IMG/VR virus record: IMGVR_UViG_3300033067_001226
Location: 1-30,716 of that record
DNA from: a virus
Lineage: Duplodnaviria; Caudoviricetes
Length of the DNA stretch: 30,716 nucleotides
Reading direction: 5' to 3' (one strand)
Shown here: positions 14,847 through 24,739 of the stretch, in pieces
Layout of the letters: each line of letters starts with the position of its first letter
Position numbering within the stretch: the first letter of the stretch is position 1
Notes under the pieces: model-generated
What the model saw: only the letters and a program-made list of their open reading frames with translations
Databases searched by the model: none
Told to the model about the DNA's origin: nothing
Program-made: the position numbers and the translations under genes

Positions 14847-17605
14847 TTGAGCAGACCTGCGGGCCGCCGCTTCGACTGCGAACCCTGTTCGCCCTTCGCG
14901 GCGAGCAGGGACCACAAAGCCGGATCGACGGCCCGATACTGCGGGGACACAGCGCCATTGGCCGACGGAGGCGTGAAACCCCTAGCCGCCCGCTGTTCCT
15001 GCGCCTTCCTGAAAAGCGCCGCCAGTTGCTCCGGGTTTTCGATGCCCGCGTTGAGCATGTTGATCTGCGACGGCAGCCCCATACTCCCCGCCAGCTTGCG
15101 CGCGTACTTCGATCCGACCTGCGCCGAAATCAGCGTGTGGCCGCCCATGAGACCGGACAGCTTGTTACCCGCGCTCGCGCCGAAGATGCGCGACGCGATG
15201 TCCACGTAGTCCGGGGTCTTCGACGTCGGGTCCACGGCCTGCGCCTTGGCGCGGACCATCGCGTCGGCGTTCTTGACGACGTGCTGGGCCTCGCCCGTGA
15301 TCGCCGCGTGACGCTGCTGGTCGATCAAACCTTTCTTGAGCATCCAGTCCGCGACGTTGCCCGTCTTCGCGTTGACCGGCCGCAAGATGTTCGCCGCCTT
15401 GTCCACGGCGTTCTCGCCTGTGCCGATATAACGGTTCACAACGCCGGACAGGCCTTCCAACCCGTCGGGGCCGGCGCGGCGCGCGGTCTTGTAAAGGCTC
15501 TCCAAGTACGCCTCGGGGTTCTTCTTCCCCAGCGCCTCGGTAATCAGACCCTCGGGGGTTTCCGCACGGCCCAGCACGCTCGACACGGCGGACTTGTCCG
15601 ACTGCACGAGCTTGTGGAACTGATCGGCGCGCATGTCGGCGCGAGCCGCCGCCGTCGCCGCGCCCTGCGCGCCTTCGAGCGCCGTCCTCGCCGTCGGAAG
15701 CTGCGCGTAAAGCGGTTGATGCGTGCCGAGTTCTCGCGCGATGCTCTCGGGCGAAGGCCGACCCGTCACTTGGTCCACGTTGCGCGGACCGACCTTGCCG
15801 AGTTGCGCCGTGGACAGGTCCTGTTCCGCGAGCATCGGGTCAGCGGTGGCGCGGTTCACGATATGCTCGACGTTCTCGCCCTGCCGGATGGGCTGTCCGG
15901 TCAGCACGCGCTCTGCCGTCGTCTCGGGGACGTTCGCGGTGGAACCCTTGCGCCCATACGCGAACAAGTCGCTACCCGCCGGACCGCGCTCGAAGATGTC
16001 CGCTTTCTCGCGGGCCATCTTGTTGAACGTCGGGACGTGCTGAAGCGTCGGCACCGTGCCGCTGCGGTACTGAAACATCTGGTCAATGTGGCTGGCCAGA
16101 TTGCCGTAGAAGTCTCCGGCCGCCTTGTTGCCCTTCTCGTAGAAGTCCCGCGACGCCTGACCGGCGCGGCTCCGCAGGTCGAGATAGTCGCCCACGGTCG
16201 CGTCACGGCGCGACACTTGGTTGAGCGACGCCAGCAAGTTCTGTCCGGGGTTGTCCTCCGGGAGCGCCGCCACGCCGGGCGTGCCGTTGATGCGGTTGTT
16301 CACGCGCGCACGGAACTGCACGCCGGATGTCGGGCCGAGGACAGCGGACCTGTCAATCATGCTTTGGATGCTGTCGAGGTTCTGTCCGTAGACAGAGTGC
16401 ATCGCCTGCATGTTGGCGTTCAGTCGTTCGCCGGCAGCCGTCTGGTCGCCAACCGAAGGCTGGATCGCCTCGCCGGCCTGCGTCGCGCGCTGTCCTTGGC
16501 GCTGCTGGATCGCGCCGACGCGCGCCGCGCCTTCGTCCACGCGCTGCTGGACAGCCGGAAAGAGTTTTTCAGCGTCGCCGCCAATCTGCGACTGCGCGAT
16601 GGCGACACGGTTCGCCTGCGCGGCGTCGGCAGCTTCTTGGAACGCGCGGCCGGTGTTGACGTCCTTCGACGCGAGGTGCGCGGCCAAGTCTTGAACGACG
16701 GGGTTGAGCGTGCGCGTGTGCGCGGGGCCTTGCGCCATCGGCCCCGTGAGGTCCTTGATGACGTTCGCGATGTCCACGTCCGCGTTGCCGCCAAGCTTGG
16801 CGGCGTGTTCTTCCATGAGCGCGGCGAGGTTTCCCGCCGTCGCCGCTTCAGGGTCGAGCGCCGTCCTCGCCTTCTGGACGAGGTACTGTCCGCCCGGCAG
16901 GTTCTCCACGACGTTGCTGGCCTTGCCGCCGAGCGCGCGGGCCACGCCGACCGGGTGCGTGACCGCGCCGACCAGTCCGCCGATAGCGTGGCCCACCTCG
17001 TTGTCCGGGGCGATCTGGTCCGCGACGGCCGTGCCGAAGCCGGACATGCCGGCCATTGGCGCGGCCGTCGCTACGTTCTTGAGGACGCCCTTGTCCGCGA
17101 TGGACTTGGCGGTAGTGTCGAGCAGCTTCATGCCGGTCGCGCCGCCCTTGGCGACGCCGGCGAGCGCGGCTTCCGGTGCGAGCATCGAGGACAGGGCCTC
17201 GCCGGTCGCGCGCCCCGCATAACCGTAATGCCGGACGTTCTCGGGCAGGTCTGAGATTTCGGGCGCGCCGACAAGGTTCCGGGTGTAGCCCTCGGTCGCC
17301 TGCTGCGCCGTGCCCTCCGGCATGATGCCGAGGCCCTTCATGGCGTAGTAGATCGGATTGATATGGTTCGTGAGGTCCGCAAGCTGCCCGACGCCGCCGG
17401 CGAGGCCCGGCAGCACCTGCCCACCATAGGCGCGGACAGCGCCGCCGACGCCGCCGTAGGCGGCTTTCTGGGACGCCTCGTGCTGCGATTGGCCGTCCAG
17501 TTGCTGGAACGCCTGCGCGACGGTGTTGTAGTCCTCGGACCCCTGAAGGTGCTGGTTCTGGACAAGCCACGAGCCGAGCGACGTGAGGTCTTCGTTATTG
17601 GCCAT
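14843..17605 (-). CDS. Large internal virion / DNA ejection protein (920 aa)
   Basis: Ala/Gly/Gln-rich helical protein at the end of the late operon, as in podoviruses; start MANNEDL. Confidence 0.7.
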   Translation of the reverse strand: MANNEDLTSLGSWLVQNQHLQGSEDYNTVAQAFQQLDGQSQHEASQKAAYGGVGGAVRAYGGQVLPGLAGGVGQLADLTNHINPIYYAMKGLGIMPEGTAQQATEGYTRNLVGAPEISDLPENVRHYGYAGRATGEALSSMLAPEAALAGVAKGGATGMKLLDTTAKSIADKGVLKNVATAAPMAGMSGFGTAVADQIAPDNEVGHAIGGLVGAVTHPVGVARALGGKASNVVENLPGGQYLVQKARTALDPEAATAGNLAALMEEHAAKLGGNADVDIANVIKDLTGPMAQGPAHTRTLNPVVQDLAAHLASKDVNTGRAFQEAADAAQANRVAIAQSQIGGDAEKLFPAVQQRVDEGAARVGAIQQRQGQRATQAGEAIQPSVGDQTAAGERLNANMQAMHSVYGQNLDSIQSMIDRSAVLGPTSGVQFRARVNNRINGTPGVAALPEDNPGQNLLASLNQVSRRDATVGDYLDLRSRAGQASRDFYEKGNKAAGDFYGNLASHIDQMFQYRSGTVPTLQHVPTFNKMAREKADIFERGPAGSDLFAYGRKGSTANVPETTAERVLTGQPIRQGENVEHIVNRATADPMLAEQDLSTAQLGKVGPRNVDQVTGRPSPESIARELGTHQPLYAQLPTARTALEGAQGAATAAARADMRADQFHKLVQSDKSAVSSVLGRAETPEGLITEALGKKNPEAYLESLYKTARRAGPDGLEGLSGVVNRYIGTGENAVDKAANILRPVNAKTGNVADWMLKKGLIDQQRHAAITGEAQHVVKNADAMVRAKAQAVDPTSKTPDYVDIASRIFGASAGNKLSGLMGGHTLISAQVGSKYARKLAGSMGLPSQINMLNAGIENPEQLAALFRKAQEQRAARGFTPPSANGAVSPQYRAVDPALWSLLAAKGEQGSQSKRRPAGLLN

Positions 17606-19109
17606 TGGTCCGCCCCACGATCTGCCGGGCACGCGCAAGGACGTCCGGGATTTGACCCGGCTGTCCGCCGACCTGCCGGCGCGCGGCGTCCGCCGTCGGG
17701 TTGTACGCCCGGCCTTGGATGTTCGCCGCGAGGCCGTCCATGACGCTGCCGAGGTTCTGCTGGACACGCCGGATGTCTTGGTACTCGGCAGCGTGTTGCA
17801 GCGCCATGTTCTGCTGCCCGGAGTTCATCGCGGCGGCTGCCTTGCGCTGCGCCTGCTGCGCGCGGGCTTCCACTCCGTTGTAGAGGCCCTTGTAGGTGTT
17901 GAGCGCGGACGACGGGTCCGTGAACATGGCCGCCGTCGGCGGCAGGCGCGACATGATCGCCTTGCGCGCGTCGTTCGACTTCTGGCCGGGCAAGCCTTCC
18001 GCCAGCACGCCCGCGATGTCGTTGTGCATCGTGTCGATCTGGCTGATAGCCGTCTCGCGCGCCTGCGCGTCCGGGGTGCGTTCAAGCCCCCAGAAACGCT
18101 GAAACGGGTCTTTCGTGTGCAGCGACGCCCACGTCCCGAAACCGAAAGCGTCCGCCGGGTTGGGCAGCGCGAACTGCGAACCCTGATTGGTCGGCGTCGA
18201 AATCTGTCCGGGGATGTAGCCCGGCGGACGGCCGGGAGCGCCCGGAGCCTGTCCGGGAGCCGGAGCCTGTCCGGGCTGGCCGGGTTGTCCGCTCATGCCG
18301 ATCATTCCGGCCACCGGGTTCTGCGGCTGGTTCGACGGCACCCTCACTTCGTTCGTCTTCGTGTTCACGAGGACAAGCTGGCCGTTGACGACCTGCGGCG
18401 ACCAATGATCGTCGCCCTCTAGGAGCGTCTGGTTTATCTCGTCGTCGGACTTGCCGATGCTCTTGAGCCAGTCGCGCTTCTGCGTGAAGTCGGTCGGTGC
18501 CGGGTTCTGGCGTTCTGTCCACAGTTTCATGGCGGCGGCCGGGTCCACGAGCGCCATCTGCTTGACGCTGTCCGGGGCGTTACCGGACAGGAGCGACTGC
18601 AAGCCGAGCGTCTGCCGCTTTGCGGCGACGTCCTCGGCCGTCGCCTTCTGCTGGACAAGCCGAGCCTGCGCCGCGTTCAAGACGTTGCGCGAAGAACCGC
18701 CGAGCGCCGCCGCGCCCATCGTCATAATCTGGGCGCGCTGGGCCGGCGTCATGCGCTGCCCGGCGGCCATGAGAAGCGGCCCCATCTGTCCGAGCGTGGC
18801 CAGCAGCCCCTGCTGAAGATCGCCAACCCTCGACCCGGAGTTCGGGTCGATCTGGTCCGCCGGGTTGGCCGGGGCTTGCGGGACAGACGAGGCCGTAGGC
18901 GCGGCGACAGCCCCGAGCATCCCGGCGTTCGTTGCGCCCGCGCCGGGAGACACGGGAGCCGCCGCCGCGCCACCGGCGTCCCCGGAGAGAGGCGGGGTGC
19001 CGGTGTTCGGGGCTTGTCCCTGCACGGGCGCAGGCGCGCCCATCTGCGTGAGATTGCGCGGGTCGTTCGGGTCCTGCCCGAGCAGCAGCATTTGCAGGGG
19101 GTTAAGCAT
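17595..19109 (-). CDS. Putative internal virion / ejection protein
   Basis: SD AAGGA; Gln/Pro/Ala-rich; position among ejection genes. Confidence 0.65.
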   Translation of the reverse strand: MLNPLQMLLLGQDPNDPRNLTQMGAPAPVQGQAPNTGTPPLSGDAGGAAAAPVSPGAGATNAGMLGAVAAPTASSVPQAPANPADQIDPNSGSRVGDLQQGLLATLGQMGPLLMAAGQRMTPAQRAQIMTMGAAALGGSSRNVLNAAQARLVQQKATAEDVAAKRQTLGLQSLLSGNAPDSVKQMALVDPAAAMKLWTERQNPAPTDFTQKRDWLKSIGKSDDEINQTLLEGDDHWSPQVVNGQLVLVNTKTNEVRVPSNQPQNPVAGMIGMSGQPGQPGQAPAPGQAPGAPGRPPGYIPGQISTPTNQGSQFALPNPADAFGFGTWASLHTKDPFQRFWGLERTPDAQARETAISQIDTMHNDIAGVLAEGLPGQKSNDARKAIMSRLPPTAAMFTDPSSALNTYKGLYNGVEARAQQAQRKAAAAMNSGQQNMALQHAAEYQDIRRVQQNLGSVMDGLAANIQGRAYNPTADAARRQVGGQPGQIPDVLARARQIVGRTNGQ

Positions 19110-19119
19110 GGGGGCGTCC

Positions 19120-19557
19120 TTACGAAGTGAAGCCGCCGGGGCCTGCACCAAAGTTCTGCATGGCGGTGTTGCCGTTCTGGGTCAGCCAGCGCGCGAAGGG
19201 GTTGTCCTCCGGGCCCTGCTGTTCGCCGCCCAGCAGCCCGGCGGGGCGCGGCGGCGGCAGTGGGGCGGGCTTGGCGGCCGGAGCAGCGGCAGCGCGGGCC
19301 GCCGGGTTCGGCAGGCCGTCGAAGGCCGGGGGCTGCATCGGGGCGGACGCCGCCGGGTTGTTGGCGAGACCGTCGAAGGCCGGGGGCTGCGTGGGCGCAG
19401 CCGCTGCCGGGTTAGCCGGCGCGGGAGCGGCCTGCGCCTGCGGCAGCCCCGGAATGGGAGCTGGACCGTTCGGCACGCCCACGGGCTTGTTCTGGGCCTT
19501 CGCCATCATGGCGAGCCAGCCGAGCATCTGGGGAAACCAAGTCTGGTCGTGGTTCAT
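19120..19557 (-). CDS. Pro/Ala-rich low-complexity protein with an internal duplication (QPPAFDGL x2)
   Basis: SD GGAG; 54-bp-period duplication around 19316-19390. Confidence 0.65.
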   Translation of the reverse strand: MNHDQTWFPQMLGWLAMMAKAQNKPVGVPNGPAPIPGLPQAQAAPAPANPAAAAPTQPPAFDGLANNPAASAPMQPPAFDGLPNPAARAAAAPAAKPAPLPPPRPAGLLGGEQQGPEDNPFARWLTQNGNTAMQNFGAGPGGFTS

Positions 19558-19561
19558 TTTC

Positions 19562-20230
19562 TCAACTCCATCCTAGGATGCCCGCCTGCGGACGGGGCTG
19601 GTTCTGCGCGAGGGCCTGCTGGAAGAAACTGTCCGCGTTCTGCTTGAAAGCCTGCTGCGTCTTGGCCAGCGCCTGCTGCTGCGCCTGCTGGTTCTGGGCG
19701 TTGGACACGGCAGCGACTTTCCCGAGCAGGCCCGCCATGTCCTGCACGGGGTTGGACTGTTGGGTCTGCGTGGGCGTCGAGGACGACGCTGAAGGAGCAG
19801 GGGTCTGCGTCGGCTGCGGCGTGCCGTCCCCGGTCTGTCCGAGCCACGCTTGGGCGGCGGGGAGACGGGACTGGATGTTCTGAACGTGGGTCGAGACCGT
19901 CCCGTTGCCGTCGCTCGCGCTGAAGTGTCCGGGGCTGCCGGCGTTGACGGTCGAATACATATCCAGCAGGCCCATGCCGGGCTTGTAGCCCCTGTCCGCG
20001 AGGAACTTCAGGGCGGCGTCCGTCTGCTGGAAGAAGTTGCTGTCCGGCGTGATCCCGTAGGTCTGGCGCTCGTTCGGCCCGAACTGGATCAGCCCATAGT
20101 AGTTTCCGTCCTTGCCGCCCCAGCGGTAAGGGTTCATTCCGCTCTCGTACTGCATGATCGCGGCAAGGTGCGTCGGGTCGTAACCCGCCGCCGTCGCACG
20201 CGCTATGAGGTACTGTTGGGGACTTAGCAC
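19562..20230 (-). CDS. Virion-associated lytic transglycosylase / lysozyme-like protein
   Basis: AAIMQYESGMNP (catalytic Glu) and YYGLIQF; SD GGAGG before GTG 20230; Gln-rich tail. Confidence 0.8.
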   Translation of the reverse strand: MLSPQQYLIARATAAGYDPTHLAAIMQYESGMNPYRWGGKDGNYYGLIQFGPNERQTYGITPDSNFFQQTDAALKFLADRGYKPGMGLLDMYSTVNAGSPGHFSASDGNGTVSTHVQNIQSRLPAAQAWLGQTGDGTPQPTQTPAPSASSSTPTQTQQSNPVQDMAGLLGKVAAVSNAQNQQAQQQALAKTQQAFKQNADSFFQQALAQNQPRPQAGILGWS

Positions 20231-20667
20231 CAAGTCCTCCCGTATTTCACCGCCTTGATCGCGTCCACCGTGACGCCGAAACGCTCGGCAAAAGCCTTCG
20301 CCTGTCCGTAGGCAAACTTTCCGGCCACGGATCGAATTTCTGCGACATGCTGCGGCGTCAATTTGGCCGAGGGGCTGTTCGCGCCCCGGAAGCGCCGGCG
20401 CAGTCCTCTGTCGTAGGCCGCTTTCACGTTCTGCGCGTTTGTTCCAAGCTCTAAGTGTGCGGGGTTCACGCACAGCTTCGTGTCGCAGCGGTGCATGACC
20501 TGCTGTCCCGCTGGGATAGGTCCACGGGAGAGCGCGTAGGACAGTCTGTGCCCGCGCTGATTGTACGCGAGCGTCGGATACCTAGACGCCGAGCCGAGCC
20601 AAAGCCAGCAGCCCGAGTTCGGCTCTGGCATGACGCGGTCGGGGAAAAGGTCCATTATGTCAGTCAT
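20224..20667 (-). CDS. Freestanding HNH homing endonuclease with C-terminal HTH
   Basis: SGCWLWLG, HRLSY, VMHRCDTKLCVNPAHLELGTNAQN, SAKLT..V.EIR. Confidence 0.92.
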   Translation of the reverse strand: MTDIMDLFPDRVMPEPNSGCWLWLGSASRYPTLAYNQRGHRLSYALSRGPIPAGQQVMHRCDTKLCVNPAHLELGTNAQNVKAAYDRGLRRRFRGANSPSAKLTPQHVAEIRSVAGKFAYGQAKAFAERFGVTVDAIKAVKYGRTWC

Positions 20668-21929
20668 GCGGCGAACTTCCCGGACAGGCCGTTAACGACA
20701 AGCTTGCCCCCGATCTTGCGCGTCGCGCCGGGGAACTTCTTCTCGACTTCCTGCGCCAGCGGGCCGACGACTTTCGGGTAGGACTTCGGGTCGCCCTTGT
20801 AGCGGTAGGCGTGCAGCGTCAGGCCCGTCTGCGGGTCTGTCCCGACTTTCTCGATGTCGGTCTTTTCGTTCTCGTCGGACAGGATGCCCAGCAGCGCGCC
20901 GGCACCGCCGCCGAGGACGGAGCCGAGACCCGAGGACAGGCCCAGCGAGGGGAACGCGCTGGCGATCTGTCCGCCCATGGACGCGCCGGACATCATGCCG
21001 CCAAGCCCCGACATCATGCCGTTGCTCGAAGTGGCGGGCGTGGACGACGTGCCGATGCTCGTGGTCGAGGTGTCGTGCGGCACCGAGGACAGCGTTGAGT
21101 TCAGCAACTGCTGCATCTGGATCGGGTAGTTCACGCCCTGATTGTAGTAGCCGAAGTTCGCGCTGTCCGCCGCCTGCCGGGTGTTCTGGACGAGGCCGCC
21201 GTAGCCCAGCAGGTTGTTGATGTCCTGCAATCCAGACTGTTGCGCGTTCTGGGCCACTGTCCCCAGCGCAATGCCGCCGGTCTGAAGGTTCCGCTGCTGG
21301 GTGAGCGCGGCGTTCTGGTTCTGGCCCTGCGCGGCGAGGTTGTTGGAAATGTCCTGCCCCATGAGGCCGGTTGCGTTTCCATACGCCCGGTCGAGCATGT
21401 TCGCGTCAAACTGCTGCTGGCCCAGAGCATTCTGCTCGGCAGCCGCGCCACGCTGGACAAGATCGCGCGAGCCGCCGAACGCCTTCGCCGTGACGGCGCT
21501 GTCCTTGATCTGGTTCAGGTTCTGGTCGAGCGCCTGCGCGCCGGCAGCGCGGGCGGCGTCAATCACCTGCTGCGTGTATGGCGACATATATCGCTGGACG
21601 TTCGTCAGCCCGTTCTGGAAAGTTTGCGGCGTCACGTTCTGGACAGGCGAGAAGGACCGCTGGACAGCGTCGGCCGCCTGTCCGTAGTAGGGCATGAACT
21701 GCCCCTGCGTGCCCATGATTTTCTGTCCGGCCGCCTGCTGGTAGCCGTTGAGCGGCGCGGTGAGTTCGCCGTTGTAGAGCGGCATTCCCGCCTTCAGCAT
21801 GTCCTGCGCGTGCGCCGTCGCGAACTGCGACCCCTGCGTCAGCCACGCGGGGATCGTGCTGGTATTGCTCTGCATGGAAAGCTGGGGTGCGCCGTAGCTG
21901 CTCCCGCCGCCGCCTTTAGGACTGCTCAT
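20664..21929 (-). CDS. Pilot/ejection-like virion protein with C-terminal S74-like intramolecular chaperone domain
   Basis: Q/N/G-rich body; LSDENEKTDIEKVG...YRYKG...GPLAQEVE C-terminus. Confidence 0.75.
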   Translation of the reverse strand: MSSPKGGGGSSYGAPQLSMQSNTSTIPAWLTQGSQFATAHAQDMLKAGMPLYNGELTAPLNGYQQAAGQKIMGTQGQFMPYYGQAADAVQRSFSPVQNVTPQTFQNGLTNVQRYMSPYTQQVIDAARAAGAQALDQNLNQIKDSAVTAKAFGGSRDLVQRGAAAEQNALGQQQFDANMLDRAYGNATGLMGQDISNNLAAQGQNQNAALTQQRNLQTGGIALGTVAQNAQQSGLQDINNLLGYGGLVQNTRQAADSANFGYYNQGVNYPIQMQQLLNSTLSSVPHDTSTTSIGTSSTPATSSNGMMSGLGGMMSGASMGGQIASAFPSLGLSSGLGSVLGGGAGALLGILSDENEKTDIEKVGTDPQTGLTLHAYRYKGDPKSYPKVVGPLAQEVEKKFPGATRKIGGKLVVNGLSGKFAA

Positions 21930-22306
21930 GCCGCGTCGCTTTCGAGTGGGAGTTCAAACATGACGAGTTTCGGCTTGAAGCCGAACTCCGGCAGCCGCCG
22001 GAGGAAACCGCGCCGGCCGGTCGTCGTGATCGCCACGCAACCGTTGTCCTCGGCGAACTTCTGGATCGCCGGCAGGTGCGCCATGATCGTCGCGAAATCG
22101 CCGGCGACGATCCAAGCGTGGAGGATTTTCTTGCGCGGGTACTTGATGACTTCGGTTATGACGATGCTGTCGTCCGTGGACCAACATTGAAGCTTGCCGT
22201 CCTTGAGACCCGCCAGAATGTCCTCGCGCGTGTGGGTTTGTCCGCCGATGGCGAGCGCCTTATCAAACAAGGCGGGTAAATCAAGCTGGGGGCGGGACTG
22301 TTCCAC
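21926..22306 (-). CDS. GNAT-fold-like podovirus late protein
   Basis: VITEVIKYPRKKILH...FAEDNGC.AITTTGRRGF; usual position between tail and ejection genes. Confidence 0.7.
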   Translation of the reverse strand: MEQSRPQLDLPALFDKALAIGGQTHTREDILAGLKDGKLQCWSTDDSIVITEVIKYPRKKILHAWIVAGDFATIMAHLPAIQKFAEDNGCVAITTTGRRGFLRRLPEFGFKPKLVMFELPLESDAA

Positions 22307-22532
22307 GGGTTGCCACCGTTGTCGTCAGGGTGCCGGTGTCCGAGACGGTCACGACGAAGACCGTGCCGTTCGGGGACTGAAGCATGATCTGCGGCTGGAT
22401 CGTATTCGGCCCGGCGAGGAGCGCCATACGACGTGTCAGCAACGCGAGGAAAGCCGAGAACCAAGACCCGTCGTAACGGTCGGGCGGCGTTCCGAAACTG
22501 GGGGCCGGGACGGGCCTAGGGCTTATCGTCAC
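22281..22532 (-). CDS. Small virion protein
   Basis: LQSPNGTVFVVTVSDTGTLTT motif, common downstream of tail-tube genes. Confidence 0.7.
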   Translation of the reverse strand: MTISPRPVPAPSFGTPPDRYDGSWFSAFLALLTRRMALLAGPNTIQPQIMLQSPNGTVFVVTVSDTGTLTTTVATRGTVPPPA

Positions 22533-24034
22533 CGGAGGCCCCCATCGCTTTCAATATCTAGCCGAATTTGGCCCAAACTCCAATAGCCGTCTGTCGTCGC
22601 CTCGATCCGCATCCGGAGGTCCCGGCCTGTAGCTCGGCAGTCCATGTAGCCGTCGGACCGGGGCGTGTAGGGGCCGTAAGTCACGTCCGCCTGTCCGGGG
22701 GTGAGACGGGACAGGAACTTGATCTGGTACTTGCCGCCGGCGTCGAAATCGCTCTCCGCGACCATCGCCTGCATGACGTCCTTCATGGCGGGTCCCTCTC
22801 GGAATTGGAGGACCCCGCTCTCGGCCCAGACGCTGCCCACGCGCGACGCGCCGTTGTCCGTGTAGCCGGTCTCGTGCAGGTAGATGTTTTTGTCTGTCCC
22901 GGCAGCCAGCGGGTTGTTCGCGGTCAGCGCGCCGCAAGCCGCTGTCCTCGCCCGTTTGGTGGGGAACCACAGGCCGTCGGCGTAATTGAAGACAATGGCG
23001 CTGTCGCACTCGGTCTGGCCGGTGCTGGGATATTCAAACCAGAACTCGGGGAAGTCGGCGCTCTCGGACAGGTGCGCGCGGAAGACGCCGTAGAACGGGT
23101 CGATTGCTTGCCGAAGGTCCGAGAACATCGGACACGGCAGCGGCTGGATCGCGCCGCCGTCGTAGGTCCAGAAGGTTTCCGAGCCGTACCACATGACGAG
23201 GTTGCCGGCGGTCGCCAGCGCGTAGGGCGCGGCAAAGGTGGTCACGCCGATTTTCTCAGCGCCATAGAAGAACGGCGCGCCGACGTAGCGCACCAAGAAA
23301 GCCTCGTGCTGGGTCAGCACGAGGACGCCGTCCTTGACCCGGCAGCCCGTGACGATTGGCGACGTCGCTTCTAAGTCGAGATAGCCGGCCTGTCCGGTCG
23401 TCGTGTTGAACGTCCAGCCGTTGAGGTTTTCGAGGTCGGACCACGCGACGCGGCGCGGGTTGCCGTCGGCCCCCAAGAGCATGACGGCGCGCTCGGCGGT
23501 GACGACGACGGCGGTGTTGCCCTTCGGGGCGTTCGTCGGCACGTCCATGGGCTGAATGCGCCCAGTCGTGGGCGAGAAGTGCAAGAGCCGGCCGTCCGAG
23601 GACATGACCGCCACGATGTCCTGTCCGAAGTTCGCGACCGTCCAGTGGTGCGGGTTGCGGAACGCCGGCGGGTTGATGGCGCGCGGCGTGCCGTAGGTTC
23701 CCTTGCCGTAGTCGTCCACGCCGTAACCACCGGCCGTGAAGTCGCTCTCGCCTTGGAAACCGCTGGGCGTCACGCCATAGAGCGCGTCCGTCAACAGGTA
23801 GGCGTTCTGGTCGCAGCCGGCGAAAACCCACGTCTGGGACGCGCTGTCGCGCCACTGGAAAAGCCGGCGGACAGCGGACGCTGCCGGCGAGGGGGAAATC
23901 TTCTCGTTGCCGCCAATCGGGCACATTGAGCCTGCGACCCAGCGGACGTTATTCGTGTCCCACCAATAGCCGGGGCTGTCGTAGGGGGTTGATTGGCGGA
24001 CAACGCCGTCCTTGATGTTGACGGGGTTCCACAT
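22529..24034 (-). CDS. Tail nozzle / packaged-DNA stabilization protein (P22 gp10 / tubular protein B-like)
   Basis: 501 aa, beta-rich; WWDTNNVRW, RVAWSD.E....W, AG..DL; position in the tail operon. Confidence 0.8.
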   Translation of the reverse strand: MWNPVNIKDGVVRQSTPYDSPGYWWDTNNVRWVAGSMCPIGGNEKISPSPAASAVRRLFQWRDSASQTWVFAGCDQNAYLLTDALYGVTPSGFQGESDFTAGGYGVDDYGKGTYGTPRAINPPAFRNPHHWTVANFGQDIVAVMSSDGRLLHFSPTTGRIQPMDVPTNAPKGNTAVVVTAERAVMLLGADGNPRRVAWSDLENLNGWTFNTTTGQAGYLDLEATSPIVTGCRVKDGVLVLTQHEAFLVRYVGAPFFYGAEKIGVTTFAAPYALATAGNLVMWYGSETFWTYDGGAIQPLPCPMFSDLRQAIDPFYGVFRAHLSESADFPEFWFEYPSTGQTECDSAIVFNYADGLWFPTKRARTAACGALTANNPLAAGTDKNIYLHETGYTDNGASRVGSVWAESGVLQFREGPAMKDVMQAMVAESDFDAGGKYQIKFLSRLTPGQADVTYGPYTPRSDGYMDCRATGRDLRMRIEATTDGYWSLGQIRLDIESDGGLR

Positions 24035-24400
24035 TCATCTGTTCCCGAAGTGGTTGGCGAGCCAGCCCACCAAGCCGCCGACGCCGGCGGATATGATGGT
24101 CGTCGCGGCTTTCTTGGTGGCGGTCTTGTTGCCGTCCTCGCCCTGTTCTTTCGCGTTGACCAATTCCAAGTCGGTGATGCGTTTCGCGTGGTCTTTGTAT
24201 TCCTCTACGGCGGACAGGATGGACTTCACGTCGCCGGCCATTTCTGCTTGTCGCACGGCCATGTGCTGGTCCAGTTCCGCGACGTTCTCGACGCGCTCCG
24301 TCAGAGAAGCAACGTGTGTCGTGAGCGCCGCGTGCGACGCTTCGAGTTTGGCCAGACGTTCTCCGGTTCCCGGTGCTGCCCCGATCATCGCGCGCCCCAC
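24035..24400 (-). CDS. Coiled-coil protein with C-terminal membrane anchor (lysis or packaging accessory)
   Basis: Heptad pattern and hydrophobic C-terminus; directly follows the spanins. Start uncertain. Confidence 0.6.
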   Translation of the reverse strand: MGRAMIGAAPGTGERLAKLEASHAALTTHVASLTERVENVAELDQHMAVRQAEMAGDVKSILSAVEEYKDHAKRITDLELVNAKEQGEDGNKTATKKAATTIISAGVGGLVGWLANHFGNR

Positions 24401-24609
24401 TTGCAGAGTGTCCTTCCTACGGCGTTGTGTTCCTTGATCTGGACAATCGTTCCGGCGGTGTCTTTCGAGGACCAGTAGATCGCTCGCGCCGCGCCGCAGA
24501 ACGTCGCGTCAGTCCCGACGGAAACCGTCGTTGCCAGACACCCGGTCAGGATGAAGGGTAGCGTCAGCACGGACAGCTTCACGAGCAGCGAGAGCTTTTG
24601 CGAGCGCAT
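24385..24609 (-). CDS. o-spanin (Rz1-like lipoprotein)
   Basis: Lipobox LTG-C; FC....IYWSSKDT..T..QIKEHNAV...LC; overlaps the i-spanin in another frame. Confidence 0.85.
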   Translation of the reverse strand: MRSQKLSLLVKLSVLTLPFILTGCLATTVSVGTDATFCGAARAIYWSSKDTAGTIVQIKEHNAVGRTLCKWGAR

Positions 24610-24739
24610 CTGACTGGGCCTGTAGTTCCGACGCGATTGTCTTCGTCTGTCCGGCGTCTATCATCGCCTTGTCGTGCAGCCACTGGGTAAAGCTACCCAG
24701 CAGCTTCACGAGGGCGAGGACAAGCGCCAGCCAGTCCAT
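24509..24739 (-). CDS. i-spanin (Rz-like)
   Basis: N-terminal hydrophobic helix, helical body, ends DGFRRD; overlapped by the o-spanin. Confidence 0.8.
   Translation of the reverse strand: MDWLALVLALVKLLGSFTQWLHDKAMIDAGQTKTIASELQAQSDALAKALAAREAVRADATLHPDRVSGNDGFRRD

Noticed and set aside
15026-17254. 742-aa plus-strand ORF and other long antisense or alternate-frame ORFs
   Set aside because: Shadow ORFs of GC-rich genes with no recognisable motifs, unlike the nested HNH, which carries a full family signature.
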